Assembly: GCA_964599085.1 (NCBI GenBank) | Contig: CAZRFD010000013.1 | Coordinates: 2,369-66,368, forward strand | Length of the DNA: 64,000 nucleotides | From: an uncultured Enterobacterales bacterium | Lineage (GTDB): Bacteria > Myxococcota_A > UBA796 > UBA2385 | Reading direction: 5' to 3' | Shown: one piece after another, positions 1 to 11,524 of the stretch | Layout: every line of letters starts with the position of its first letter | How positions within the stretch are numbered: position 1 is the first letter of the stretch | The notes under the pieces: generated by a model | What the model saw: the letters and a program-made list of their open reading frames with translations, nothing else | What the model was told of the DNA's origin: nothing | Databases searched by the model: none | Made by a program: the position numbers and the translations under genes

Positions 1-321
1 GGCATCGAGTGGTCGCCGATCTACGCCAAGATGAACTGGATGGGCAAGGGCGTGGTCCACCACGACGTCTACGCCAGCGGCAGCCTGGGCGCAGTGCTCG
101 AGCAGGCCATCCTGCCCGACCACGAGCTCGCGGTCGCGCCCGCGCTGGGCCTGGGCATCGGGATGCGCTTCTTCCTGTCGGACAAGACGACCTTCCGCGT
201 CCAGCTCAAGGACGACCTGATGGCCCAGTACCGCAGCAAGACCGCGGACACCCAGGGCTGGTTCTTCAAGCAGAACGCGGCGATCACCGCCGGCCTCACC
301 TTCCTCGGGAAGCGCAAGTGA
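1..321 (+). CDS. 3' end of an outer-membrane beta-barrel-type protein (5' part lies outside the window)
   Basis: Frame 1 is open from base 1 to the TGA at 319-321. The sequence alternates polar and hydrophobic residues in a beta-strand pattern and ends ...AAITAGLTFLGKRK. GC3 is high. Confidence 0.5.
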   Translation, partial: GIEWSPIYAKMNWMGKGVVHHDVYASGSLGAVLEQAILPDHELAVAPALGLGIGMRFFLSDKTTFRVQLKDDLMAQYRSKTADTQGWFFKQNAAITAGLTFLGKRK

Positions 322-1856
322 GCTGTCAACGCACCCTCGCCGCCCTGCTCTGCGCGACAGGGCTGGCACTCATGGCCCCGCCGGCCGCTGCCCAGGAGGA
401 CGCGGGCGCCCTGCCCATGCCCTCCATGGAAGAGCGCGCCGCGGCCTTCGGCGAGATCGACGATGCGGTCAAGGCCGGCGATGACGCACGGGCCGCCGAC
501 CTGCTGCTCGCCCTCTCCGAGGACCCCACGCAGGAGGTCTTCCATGCGGAAGCCCTCGCCCGGCTGGGCGCCGCCATCGAGGACATGGGCTACCCCTCGG
601 CGGCCCTGCACGCCTACGCCCGGGCGCTTCAGATCGACGCCGACATGGTCAGCTCGGTGGCACCCAAGGCGCTGGAGCTGGCGGTTCAGGAGGGCGACGA
701 AGCACTCCTGCAGGATGTGTTCGCCGCCAACGTCGGCATCGACGTCGACGACGCGACCCGCGGCCGCGTGGCCCTGTTGGCGGCCCGCGATGCCCACAGC
801 AAGGGCAACTACGGCACCGCCGTCGCCTTCCTCAAGATGGTGCCCGCCACTTCGCCGGCCTACGCCGAAGCCAAGGCGCTGGAGGGGGTGGTCCTCTCCC
901 ACACCCAGCACTACGCCGAAGCCGTCGCCTCGCTGCAGATCGCACTGGCCGCCGGGTCGGAGCGCGACGACATCGACCGGTGGACCAACCTGATGAACCT
1001 CAACATCGCCCGCGCCTGGTTCGGTGCGGGGGAGTTCGTCCGGGCCATCGAGTACTTCGCCAAGGTCGACCGCGATAGCCCCTACTGGCCCGAGACGCAG
1101 TTCGAGCGGGCCTGGGCGCACTTCCGGCTCGACGATCTCAACGGGACGCTCGGCCTGCTGGCCACCCACAGCTCGCCCTTCTTCCAGCAGGAATACTTCC
1201 CCGAAGCCGCCCTGCTCGAGATCTACAGCCTCTTCCTGCTGTGCAAGTTCCCGTCGGCCAGCGAACACATCGACGCCTTCCAGGCGCGCTTCTCGACGAT
1301 GCGCGACCAGATCCGCGCCGTCACCGGCGAGGATCCGCAGACCCTGTTCGACACCATGCGGCGCGATGTCGACGCCACCGGCGGCACCGAGCTGCCGATC
1401 ATGGTCGTGCGGCCCTTCCGCCACGAAGACCGCTTCGCCGACGCCGTGGCAGCGGCCGACCGCCTCGACGGGGAAGCCGCGCGGCTGGCAAGAGCCGGAG
1501 GCGCCTGGGCCGACACCGCCGAGGGCTGGCTGCGCCAGCGTCGGGACGAGCTGATCGAGGTCGAGGGCCGCCGGGTCCGAGACCGGGCCCGCCGCATGGA
1601 CGACGAGCTGTCGGCGATGCTCGACAACGCCGAACTGAACAAGCTCGACATCCTGCAGATGGAGAGCCGCATGTACGAGCGGGCCAGCTACACGGGCGTC
1701 ATGGAGAAGGCGCGCCGGGTGGTGGACCGCGACATCCGCGTCCGGAAGGGCTACCGCTGGTGGCCCTACGAGGGCGAGTACTGGGCCGACGAGATCGGCT
1801 GGTTCCGCATCAACACCCAGCCCGAGTGCCCGGAGAGCCTGCGGTCCGGCGAGTAG
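318..1856 (+). CDS. secreted TPR-like helical-repeat protein
   Basis: GTG 318 overlaps the upstream stop (GTGA). The N-terminus VSCQRTLAALLCATGLALMAPPAAAQ looks like a signal peptide. Ala/Leu-rich helical repeats follow. The track start at 9 is an out-of-gene extension. Confidence 0.65.
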   Translation: MSCQRTLAALLCATGLALMAPPAAAQEDAGALPMPSMEERAAAFGEIDDAVKAGDDARAADLLLALSEDPTQEVFHAEALARLGAAIEDMGYPSAALHAYARALQIDADMVSSVAPKALELAVQEGDEALLQDVFAANVGIDVDDATRGRVALLAARDAHSKGNYGTAVAFLKMVPATSPAYAEAKALEGVVLSHTQHYAEAVASLQIALAAGSERDDIDRWTNLMNLNIARAWFGAGEFVRAIEYFAKVDRDSPYWPETQFERAWAHFRLDDLNGTLGLLATHSSPFFQQEYFPEAALLEIYSLFLLCKFPSASEHIDAFQARFSTMRDQIRAVTGEDPQTLFDTMRRDVDATGGTELPIMVVRPFRHEDRFADAVAAADRLDGEAARLARAGGAWADTAEGWLRQRRDELIEVEGRRVRDRARRMDDELSAMLDNAELNKLDILQMESRMYERASYTGVMEKARRVVDRDIRVRKGYRWWPYEGEYWADEIGWFRINTQPECPESLRSGE

Positions 1857-1859
1857 CCG

Positions 1860-2924
1860 TCAGCCTTCTTCTTCGTCGGCGGGCTTGCGCGGCTTCCGGT
1901 CGCCGAGCGTCATGCGGCCGCCCGCAGCCGCCATGCCGAACAGGTCGTCGAGGCTGTCCCCCATGGGCATGGCCGCGCGAGGCGGGGGCGGCGCTTCCTC
2001 GGTGACCGGGCCCGCGGCTTCTTCCGCGCTGACCTCGTCGAGGCGGCGGATCTCCTTGACCACGGGCGCCGACACGCTGGTCGAGGCCATCCGGAAGCGG
2101 CCGCCCGACGCGCGGGCCCGCTTCGCGCGACCTCCGGCGGAGGGTGCGGGACCCTGCGGCGAGGGTGGCGCCTGCGACGGGGGCGCCGCCGCCGGAGAGG
2201 CCACGGGGGTGCTGGTCGCCGCGGCCGCGTCCCCGTCACCGCCGATGTCCGGCCGCACGGGCAGCGGCTTGCGCAGCGGCTGCTTCCCCGAGGTGGCCCC
2301 GAACTCCCGCGCGAGGGCCGAGGGCTCGGCCTTGGCGCCACGGGCCCGGGAGGTCGACGACGACGACCGCGTGGGGGTCGGCGCGGTCGGCCTGGGCGAG
2401 GGAGTCGGCCTTTCAGTGGGCCCTGACCGGGTGCTGGTCGCGCTGGCAGAGGGGACACGAGGCCGGAAGCTGCCGGGATCGCGGGCCTTGCGCCCCTTGT
2501 TCTTGTCCTTGCGCTTCGGGGGCTTGAGGTGGGGCGCGGGCTGGCGGCGATCACCGAGCTTCAGGGAGACCGGGCCCAGCGCGATCGGGTCTTCGGGTTC
2601 CGAGGGGTCGGGATCCCAGGGGTCCCGCACCCGGTACTTGCGGAAGATCCGGGAGCTCACAGCCACGCGGGGCCGGGAGAAGCCCCGGTGCCCGATGCGG
2701 GCGAGGACCCGCTCGGCCGGCGTCGGGCGGTGCTCCAGCGCGTCGTCGGCCGGATCGTCCGCGGGCAGGTCGTCCGCGGGCAGGTCATCGGCAGGCGAGT
2801 CATCAGCGGCCGGGTCATCGGCGGCCGGTGCCGACACCGGGCCGCCCGCGGCCGGCGCTTCGGCGTCCTCGGTCGCGTGCTGCAGCGGCTCGAGGTCGTC
2901 GTCACCGAAGCCCAGGTCGGGCAT
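1860..2924 (-). CDS. hypothetical low-complexity (Pro/Ala/Asp/Ser-rich) protein
   Basis: Start is ATG 2924, with TTG 2945 as an alternative. The protein has ADDxP repeats near the N-terminus and a KRKDKNKGRK basic patch. It lies on the same strand about 50 nt downstream of the M16 gene and has high GC3. No domain was recognised. Confidence 0.45.
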   Translation of the reverse strand: MPDLGFGDDDLEPLQHATEDAEAPAAGGPVSAPAADDPAADDSPADDLPADDLPADDPADDALEHRPTPAERVLARIGHRGFSRPRVAVSSRIFRKYRVRDPWDPDPSEPEDPIALGPVSLKLGDRRQPAPHLKPPKRKDKNKGRKARDPGSFRPRVPSASATSTRSGPTERPTPSPRPTAPTPTRSSSSTSRARGAKAEPSALAREFGATSGKQPLRKPLPVRPDIGGDGDAAAATSTPVASPAAAPPSQAPPSPQGPAPSAGGRAKRARASGGRFRMASTSVSAPVVKEIRRLDEVSAEEAAGPVTEEAPPPPRAAMPMGDSLDDLFGMAAAGGRMTLGDRKPRKPADEEEG

Positions 2925-2978
2925 CACCGGCGGGCGCTTGGGCAAGGGGGCTCCGGGGGAGGGTCACCACCCGGGTGC

Positions 2979-5651
2979 TCAGGTGGGGCTCTCCACTGTA
3001 GCGCGGTCGGGACCGACCTCGGCGAGCACGCAGCGGTCGGGACGCAGGACGCGGCGGGCGAGGGCCAGGACGTCCTCGGCGCTGACCGCGCTGGGGGCCT
3101 CGATGTGTTCCCGGTACCGGCGGGCACCCGGGCCGTAGCGCTCCGCCGCCGCCAGCAGCCGCGCCCGGTCCACGACGCGCTGCATGCCGAGGACGGCACC
3201 GTCGACGACCCGCGCCTTGACCCGCGCCAGCTCGTCGTCGCTGACGCGCTCCTCCCGCAGCCGGGCCAGCTCGGCGCGCACCGCGGCGAGCGCCTCGTCG
3301 CTGCGCTCCGGATCGACGGCGGCCGCCACGAAGAAGGCGCCACCGCCGAGGCCCTCGACCGCCGCCGCGTCGACGCTGTAGGCCAGCCCGCGCTCCTCGC
3401 GCAGCGACAGGAAGAGCCGACCGCTCTGTCCCGACAGGATGCCCTCGAGCAGACGCTGCGCTGGGGCCGCGGCCTCGCCATGTCCACAGGCCGGGAAGCC
3501 CAGCACGAGGTGGTGTTGCTCGCGCGCGCGGCGGCGCCACCGCCGCCGCCGGAAGTGTTCGTCGACCTGCGGTGGGCGCGGCGACACGGGCGCGCCAGGC
3601 GGCAGATCGGCGAGCAGCCGATCCAGCTCATCGGTCACCTCGGCCGGGTCGACATCGCCGACGACCGCGAGCACCAGGTTCTTGCCGACGATGCAGCGCT
3701 GGTGGTAGGCCCGCAGCGACCGCGGCGTCAGGCGCGCGGTGCTCGCCGGCGTCCCCAGGCCGGAGCGACCCCAGGGGTGGTTGCCGTAGAGCGCGCGCCA
3801 GGCCAGCTCCCAGGACAGCCCCGAGGGGTCGTCGTGCGCGAGCGCCTGCCGCGCGTGATCCAGGTCGTCCCGGACCCGCGCCACCTCGTCGGTATCGAAG
3901 CGAGGACGGCAGAGCACCCGGGCCAGCAGGCTCAGCCCGAGGTCCAGCTCTTCTCCCGGAAAGCGCGCCTCCAGGCCGAGCGTGTTCCGCGATCGCCAGG
4001 CCCGCATGCCGCCGGCCCGCGCTTCGACGAGGGCGCTGAACTCTTGCGCGTCGAAGTCGCCGGCCCCGCGGGTCAGCGCAGCCGCCCAGGCCCCCGCCTG
4101 CCCGGCACGGTCGGCGGCCTCGGCGATCATCCCGCCGACCCCGACGAGCGACACCGCCGCCAGCTCGGCGCGCGGGTCGGCCTGCACGACGACCCGCAGG
4201 CCGCAGCGTAGCCGGCGCTCGACGATGGCGTCCTCACCCGCAGGGCGTCCGGTCGGACCGGCCGGCACCTCCACCGCCAGCCCGCCGGCCCGCTCCCCGG
4301 CGGCCCGCTCCCCGGCGGCCAGCGCTGTCGCCAGGCCGTCGACGTCCAGCTCCTCACCCGAGCAGACCGCCCCCGCGACACGGGCACCGGGGGCGAGCCA
4401 GGCGAGCGCCGCCGCCTGCACGTCGGTCCCTCGCACCGCCCGCAGCCGCGCTTCGTAGAGGTCCTCGGCGTCGAGGCTGCCGAGCTGGGCCAGCACCCAG
4501 GCCAGGCGGTAGGCCCGCCCGTCCACCGTCTCCCGGTCGGTCATCCGCGACAGCAGGATGCCCCGGCGTGCGCGACGCAGGGCTCCCTGTGGCAGTCCGC
4601 GGGCGCGCAGCTCCTCGACGGCCCGGGCCAGCTCGCGGGCGACCTCGGATGCCCGCCCCGGCCGCGCCATGGCCCCGACCACGAACAGGCCCCGATCGAC
4701 GTCCGTCTCCAGCGTCGCCCACGCGTCGACCGCGACCTCGAGCTCGTCGCGCAGCCGGCGCCGCAGCAGCGCGGACTCCCCGTCGCCCAGCGCCGCCGCG
4801 GCGAGATCGAGCGCCGCGAGCTCGGGGTGCTCGAGGCCGGGGATCGGCCAGGCCAGCTCGACGACCCGCTCCTCGAAGTCCCCATCGAGGACGAAACAGC
4901 CCGGCTCCGGCACCGCAGCCGCGCGGGGCCAGGCGGCGCGCGCTGCCTGCGGGCCGAAACGGGCCAGGGAGGCCTCTGCCGCCGCCCGGATGTCCTCGGC
5001 GTCCACCGGCCCAGCCACCGCCAGCACGACCTGGTCGGGGCGGTAGTGGCTGCGGTGGTGCGCAGCCAGGGCCGCAGCCTCCATCCCCCGCACCGTCTCC
5101 TCCTCTCCGAGGATCGGCCGCGCGTAGGGGTGACCGGCGTGGGCACGGGCGCGCAGCGCCTCGGCGAGGCGATCCTCGGGATCGTCGAGGGCGGCCCGCA
5201 GCTCCTCGATGACCACGCCCTTCTCCGTCACCAGCTCACCCGGGTCGAGGTGGGGGGCGAAGCCCATCTCGGTGAGGATGTCGATGATGGCGGCTTCCTG
5301 GCCCGACGGCACGGTCGCGTGCAGCACGGTCTGCTCATACGAGGTGAAGGCGTTCAGATCGCCCCCGAGGCCCTCGATGCGGGCCGCGGCCGCGCTCACA
5401 CCGTGATCACCGGCACCCTTGAACAGCATGTGCTCCAGGAGGTGGGCCGCCCCCTGCATGGCGGGCCCCTCCTCGGCCGAGCCCCGCCGGATCCACAGGT
5501 ACACGGCCGACACCGGCACCTGGCCACCGGCGTCGACAGCGATGGTCGGCCCGGCCCCCTCCGTGGGACGCCACACCACCACGGCGCCGCGTGACAGGGG
5601 CGCATCCGGGGTGGAGGTGGGGAGCGCGTCGGCGACAGGGGGGCGCGGCAC
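2979..5651 (-). CDS. M16 (pitrilysin) family zinc peptidase, two fused M16 units
   Basis: The inverted zincin motif HxxEH is present (AAHLLEHMLFKG). At about 890 aa it equals two M16 halves. The start is set at GTG 5651. The track extension to 7133 runs antisense through hemW. Confidence 0.85.
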   Translation of the reverse strand: MPRPPVADALPTSTPDAPLSRGAVVVWRPTEGAGPTIAVDAGGQVPVSAVYLWIRRGSAEEGPAMQGAAHLLEHMLFKGAGDHGVSAAAARIEGLGGDLNAFTSYEQTVLHATVPSGQEAAIIDILTEMGFAPHLDPGELVTEKGVVIEELRAALDDPEDRLAEALRARAHAGHPYARPILGEEETVRGMEAAALAAHHRSHYRPDQVVLAVAGPVDAEDIRAAAEASLARFGPQAARAAWPRAAAVPEPGCFVLDGDFEERVVELAWPIPGLEHPELAALDLAAAALGDGESALLRRRLRDELEVAVDAWATLETDVDRGLFVVGAMARPGRASEVARELARAVEELRARGLPQGALRRARRGILLSRMTDRETVDGRAYRLAWVLAQLGSLDAEDLYEARLRAVRGTDVQAAALAWLAPGARVAGAVCSGEELDVDGLATALAAGERAAGERAGGLAVEVPAGPTGRPAGEDAIVERRLRCGLRVVVQADPRAELAAVSLVGVGGMIAEAADRAGQAGAWAAALTRGAGDFDAQEFSALVEARAGGMRAWRSRNTLGLEARFPGEELDLGLSLLARVLCRPRFDTDEVARVRDDLDHARQALAHDDPSGLSWELAWRALYGNHPWGRSGLGTPASTARLTPRSLRAYHQRCIVGKNLVLAVVGDVDPAEVTDELDRLLADLPPGAPVSPRPPQVDEHFRRRRWRRRAREQHHLVLGFPACGHGEAAAPAQRLLEGILSGQSGRLFLSLREERGLAYSVDAAAVEGLGGGAFFVAAAVDPERSDEALAAVRAELARLREERVSDDELARVKARVVDGAVLGMQRVVDRARLLAAAERYGPGARRYREHIEAPSAVSAEDVLALARRVLRPDRCVLAEVGPDRATVESPT

Positions 5652-5912
5652 GAGGCGGCTCCGTGCGAGAGGGGAGGAGAGGTCTGCGACAGGGGTACCG
5701 GGAGGAGCCCCCCCCTGGTTGCGAGCCAAGGGGCGCGGGCGACTCACGGATGGTCGCGGCGCGCCGGCAGCCGGCCGGCTATCCCGCTGCCACCGACCGC
5801 CCCACGCCCCGACCTGACAGGGCTGACCAGCCCGGCGCCGCCACGTCGGGCCTGCCGCATCCCACGGCGCCCCTGCCACGCGGGCACCACCTCCCAACGG
5901 AGTCGCCCCGCC

Positions 5913-7037
5913 ATGACCCACGGCATCTACGTCCACGTGCCCTGGTGCCGGGTCCACTGTCCCTACTGCGCCTTCGATGTCCGGATCGCCCGCGCGCCGG
6001 CGTGGAAGGACTGGCTGGGGGGCGTGCTGCGGGACCACGCCGCCTTCGCCGACGCCGTGGAGGGTCCGGCGGAGACGGTATACCTCGGGGGCGGCACGCC
6101 CTCCCTGGTCCCCATCGACGTCCTGGAAGCGCTGCTCGCCGCCCTGCCGCGCGCGCCCGGCGCCGAGCTCACCCTGGAGGTCGATCCCGGCACGCTGGAC
6201 GCCGACGGCCTCCTCGCCCGCCTCGCGCTGGGGATCGATCGGCTCAGCGTCGGGGTCCAGAGCTTCCACCCCGCGCACGCCCGCCGCCTGGGCCGCGGTC
6301 ACGGGCCGCGTCACGCCCGCGCCCTGCTGGCCGAGGTGGTCGACCTCCCGCTGCGCTCCTGGTCGCTCGACCTGATGTTCGCGCTGCCGGGCCAGACGCT
6401 GGCCGAGCTGGACGCCGACATCGACGAGCTGCTCGACTGGGCACCGCCCCACGTGTCGCTGTACGGGCTGACCTACGAGCCGGGCACACCCTTCGACCGC
6501 CTGCGACAGCGGGGGCGCCTGGTCGAGGCGGCCCCAGAGCTGTGGCGGGCGATGTACGACCGCATCGTCGACCGGCTCCAGGCCGGGGGCTGGGAGCGCT
6601 ACGAGGTCAGCAACTTCGCCCGCCCCGGCCACCGCTCCCGCCACAACGAGGCCACCTGGCGCGGCCGCCACTACCTGGGCTGCGGCCCGGGCGCCCACGG
6701 CTACCTGCCGCCGGGGCCCCGCGCGCCGTGGGGGCGACGGACCATCAACGCCACCGGGGTGGAGCCGTGGCTTCACCAGCCGGGCCCCGAGGTCGAGGTC
6801 CTCGATGCCCGCACAGCCGCCCTCGATCTGCTCCTCAGCACCCTGCGCCACACCGACGGTGTCCCGCTGGCCGAGCTGGCCCGCCTGGGCTTGTCGCTGT
6901 CGGAGCGCGCCCTCACCCCCCTCATCGAGGGTCGGCTCATCACCCTCAGCCCCACCGATGTCCGACTGACACCGCAGGGTTTCGCGGTCGCCGACGGCAT
7001 CACCGCCGCCCTCGCCGACGGGCTGGAACCCGGCTGA
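5913..7037 (+). CDS. hemW: radical SAM heme chaperone HemW (HemN-like)
   Basis: The CxxxCxxC cluster motif CRVHCPYC sits at residues 12-19. The 374-aa length fits the HemW subfamily, and a HemN_C-like C-terminal domain is present. Confidence 0.8.
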   Translation: MTHGIYVHVPWCRVHCPYCAFDVRIARAPAWKDWLGGVLRDHAAFADAVEGPAETVYLGGGTPSLVPIDVLEALLAALPRAPGAELTLEVDPGTLDADGLLARLALGIDRLSVGVQSFHPAHARRLGRGHGPRHARALLAEVVDLPLRSWSLDLMFALPGQTLAELDADIDELLDWAPPHVSLYGLTYEPGTPFDRLRQRGRLVEAAPELWRAMYDRIVDRLQAGGWERYEVSNFARPGHRSRHNEATWRGRHYLGCGPGAHGYLPPGPRAPWGRRTINATGVEPWLHQPGPEVEVLDARTAALDLLLSTLRHTDGVPLAELARLGLSLSERALTPLIEGRLITLSPTDVRLTPQGFAVADGITAALADGLEPG

Positions 7038-7050
7038 GCCGCTCGCGGGG

Positions 7051-7078
7051 TTGCGGATGGGGTGGGGTCCAGTACAAT
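7051..7078 (+). promoter_or_regulatory. candidate sigma70-type promoter upstream of grpE
   Basis: TTGCGG (7051-7056), a 16-nt spacer, then TACAAT (7073-7078). It lies 76 nt upstream of the proposed grpE start. Confidence 0.3.
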
Positions 7079-7153
7079 CGCGGCTCCACAGCGACCGGGG
7101 GGCGGCACCGATCCCGTCCCCCGCGCCCACCACCTCCCGCCAGGGGACAGCCC

Positions 7154-8311
7154 GTGCCTTCCGATCCCGACTCCGGAGCGGACAGCGGCGGCTTCGGCCT
7201 CGACCTCGACGAGCTGCTCAGCGAAGCGGTCGACGCCGTGGAGAGCATCGAGAAGAAGGCCGTGAAGCGGCCGCGCGGTCCAGGTGTCGACGACGAGGAG
7301 CTGCTGCTGTCGGGCGACGATGTCCCGACAGGCGAAGAACTGGACATCGACCTCGACGACACGCTCACCTCGCTGACGGACACGCTGGCTGACGACACCG
7401 AGCTGGGCGACGACGGTCCGGATGCTGCGGCAGGTCTCGAAGACGACCTCGTCATCGTCGAGCTCGAAGCCGAGCTCAGCCGGATCCGCAAGGCGCACGA
7501 CGACCAGCTCGGCTTGACGCAGCAGGCCCGCGTCGAGCTGAGCCGAGTCCGCGGCTCGCTGCGCCGCCACGAAGAGCAGCTCGCCCGGGAGGGCGCCAAG
7601 CTGGAACGCGAACGGCAGATGCGGCGGGGGGCCGAAGAGCAGCTCTCGACGATGAAGCGGCGCCTCGATCAGCTCGAAGCCAACCTGGCCGGGCTCCGCC
7701 GGCGCGCCCAGCGGGAACGCGACGAGGCGCGGACCGTCGGAACCACCCGAGCGGTGGAGACGCTCCTGCCCGTGCTCGACAACCTGGAGCTGGCGATCTC
7801 CCACAAGCAAGCTGACCCCGCCCGCGTCGTCGAGGGGATCGGGATGATCGTCCAGCAGTTCCTGCAGACCCTCGCCCAGCTCGGCGTGGAGCGGGTGGTG
7901 TGCGCCCCCGGGGTCCTGTTCGACCCCGAGGTGCACGAAGCCCTCTCCCAGATCGAGACCCACGACATGCTGCCCGGCAGCATCGTCGAGCAGCTCCGGC
8001 CCGGCTACCTCTTCGACGGGCGCCTGCTGCGGGCGGCGCGGGTCTCCGTCGCGGCCACGCCGCCGTCGGCCATCGCCTCCGACCGTGTCGCCGACAGCAT
8101 CGACGATGTGCCACCGCCAGGCGGCGACGCCGCCCCCATGCTGGTGGAACCGCCAGCCCCGGCGGACATCCCCGCCGACGCCGACAAGCCCGCCGATGTA
8201 GACGACGCCCCACCGGAACCGCCCGCGGCTCCGGCGGCATCCGATGCGTCCCCGCATGACGAGCCGGCGCCACCGGACACCGACGACTCCGGCCCAGCGG
8301 ACCCGGCCTAG
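7154..8311 (+). CDS. grpE: nucleotide exchange factor GrpE with long acidic N-terminal and Pro/Ala/Asp-rich C-terminal extensions
   Basis: The GrpE core is ...[16 protein letters not shown]...[13 protein letters not shown]...[19 protein letters not shown] 7154 is the first start after the hemW stop. The gene lies immediately upstream of dnaK. Confidence 0.8.
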   Translation: MPSDPDSGADSGGFGLDLDELLSEAVDAVESIEKKAVKRPRGPGVDDEELLLSGDDVPTGEELDIDLDDTLTSLTDTLADDTELGDDGPDAAAGLEDDLVIVELEAELSRIRKAHDDQLGLTQQARVELSRVRGSLRRHEEQLAREGAKLERERQMRRGAEEQLSTMKRRLDQLEANLAGLRRRAQRERDEARTVGTTRAVETLLPVLDNLELAISHKQADPARVVEGIGMIVQQFLQTLAQLGVERVVCAPGVLFDPEVHEALSQIETHDMLPGSIVEQLRPGYLFDGRLLRAARVSVAATPPSAIASDRVADSIDDVPPPGGDAAPMLVEPPAPADIPADADKPADVDDAPPEPPAAPAASDASPHDEPAPPDTDDSGPADPA

Positions 8312-8418
8312 GGGCCTGCGGACGCCCACGGTTTCGGACCGTCCCCTGCTTCCGGCCGCCGCCCGGCGGTCTCCACGTGCTAAAACCCTGCCCGCTCGCC
8401 TGCCTGCACGGAGCCTGC

Positions 8419-10332
<1,914 letters not shown>

Positions 10333-10403
10333 GGGCTGTCTGCCTTAGAGGGGTGTCCTCGCCCTGACGCGGGCATCGGTGGCCCGTCGGGCCGGGAGCA
10401 GAC

Positions 10404-11486
10404 GTGGCTCGTCGCGATTACTACGCCGTGCTGGGTGTCGAGCGGAACGCGACGCCCGACGACATCAAGCGCGCCTTCCGCGACCTGGCGAAGCGCTACC
10501 ACCCCGATCGCAACCCCGACGACATCGACGCCGAGGCACGCTTCCGCGAGATCGTCGAAGCCTGGGAGGTCCTGGGATCCCCCGACGAACGCTACCGCTA
10601 CGACCGCCTGGGACCCTTCTACCGCCCCGACGGACGGCCACCGACGCCCGACGACGTGTCCGCTGTGGTCCAGGACGCCATCGCCAGCATCTTCCGGCGA
10701 CGTCCCCCTCCCGAGAAGGGCGAGGATCTGCGGTACACGCTGGAGATCAGCCTCGAAGAAGCGTCCAACGGCACCGAGCGCACGATCGAGGTGCGCCGCC
10801 AGGCGCGCTGCCGCCAGTGCGGGGGGAGCGGGGCCGAACCCGAGGGCGGGACCCGCGTCTGCGACGACTGCGGCGGCACCGGCCGCTCGGGGCGGGCGCG
10901 CCTGCTGCGCATGGACTGCCCCCGGTGCAGCGGGCGCGGCTTCGTCATCGTCCAGAAATGCGGCCAGTGCAGTGGCGACGGGCGGGTCCAGAGCCTCGAC
11001 ACGCTCAAGGTGCGGGTGCCGCCCGGTGTGGCCACCGGCCAGAAGCTCAAGCTGCGCGAGCGGGGCAACGTCCCCCGCCGCGGCGACGGGAAGCACGGCG
11101 ATCTCTTCGTGTTGATCGAGGTAGGCGAGCACGCCCTGTTCCGCCGCCGAGGTGCCGACCTGTTCTGCGAGGTCCCCATCACCGTGATCGAGGCCGCCCT
11201 GGGTGCCGACGTCGAGGTCCCGACCTTGTCCGGCACCACGACGATCCGCGTGCCGCCCGGGACCGCCTCGGGGCAGGTGCTGCGCCTGGCCGGTCGCGGC
11301 CTGCCCGGCGCAGGGGGCCGTGGCCGCAAGCAGCGCGGCGACCTCCACTTCCGCGTGATGATCGAGGTCCCGACCCGGCTCGGCTCCGCCGACAAGCGCC
11401 TGCTGCAAGAGCTCGACCGCTCCCTCTCCGACGACGCCTACCCCCAGCGCCGCGCGTTCGCCGACCAGCTCGGCAAGCTCCGCTGA
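10404..11486 (+). CDS. dnaJ: co-chaperone DnaJ
   Basis: The J domain carries the HPD motif (RYHPDRNPDD). Four CxxCxGxG repeats are present (CRQCGGSG, CDDCGGTG, CPRCSGRG, CGQCSGDG). GTG 10404 is preceded by GGGAG. Confidence 0.95.
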   Translation: MARRDYYAVLGVERNATPDDIKRAFRDLAKRYHPDRNPDDIDAEARFREIVEAWEVLGSPDERYRYDRLGPFYRPDGRPPTPDDVSAVVQDAIASIFRRRPPPEKGEDLRYTLEISLEEASNGTERTIEVRRQARCRQCGGSGAEPEGGTRVCDDCGGTGRSGRARLLRMDCPRCSGRGFVIVQKCGQCSGDGRVQSLDTLKVRVPPGVATGQKLKLRERGNVPRRGDGKHGDLFVLIEVGEHALFRRRGADLFCEVPITVIEAALGADVEVPTLSGTTTIRVPPGTASGQVLRLAGRGLPGAGGRGRKQRGDLHFRVMIEVPTRLGSADKRLLQELDRSLSDDAYPQRRAFADQLGKLR

Positions 11487-11524
11487 GCGCCGCCCCCCTC
11501 CACACCCTCCGACCGCCGCTGCCC

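Noticed and set aside
5652-7133. The upstream extension of the M16 peptidase ORF (track ORF 2979..7133, 1384 aa).
   Set aside because: The extension is antisense to hemW, which has a clear radical SAM motif and high GC3. The extension carries no M16-like sequence.
5591-7153. The upstream extension of the grpE ORF (track ORF 5591..8311, 906 aa).
   Set aside because: It overlaps hemW in another frame and is Arg/Pro/Gly-rich junk. GrpE homology begins only after 7154.
8375-8383. A CIRCE-like half site (acgtgctaa) upstream of dnaK.
   Set aside because: There is no matching TTAGCACTC half 9 nt upstream, and no hrcA is present, so it is probably a chance match.
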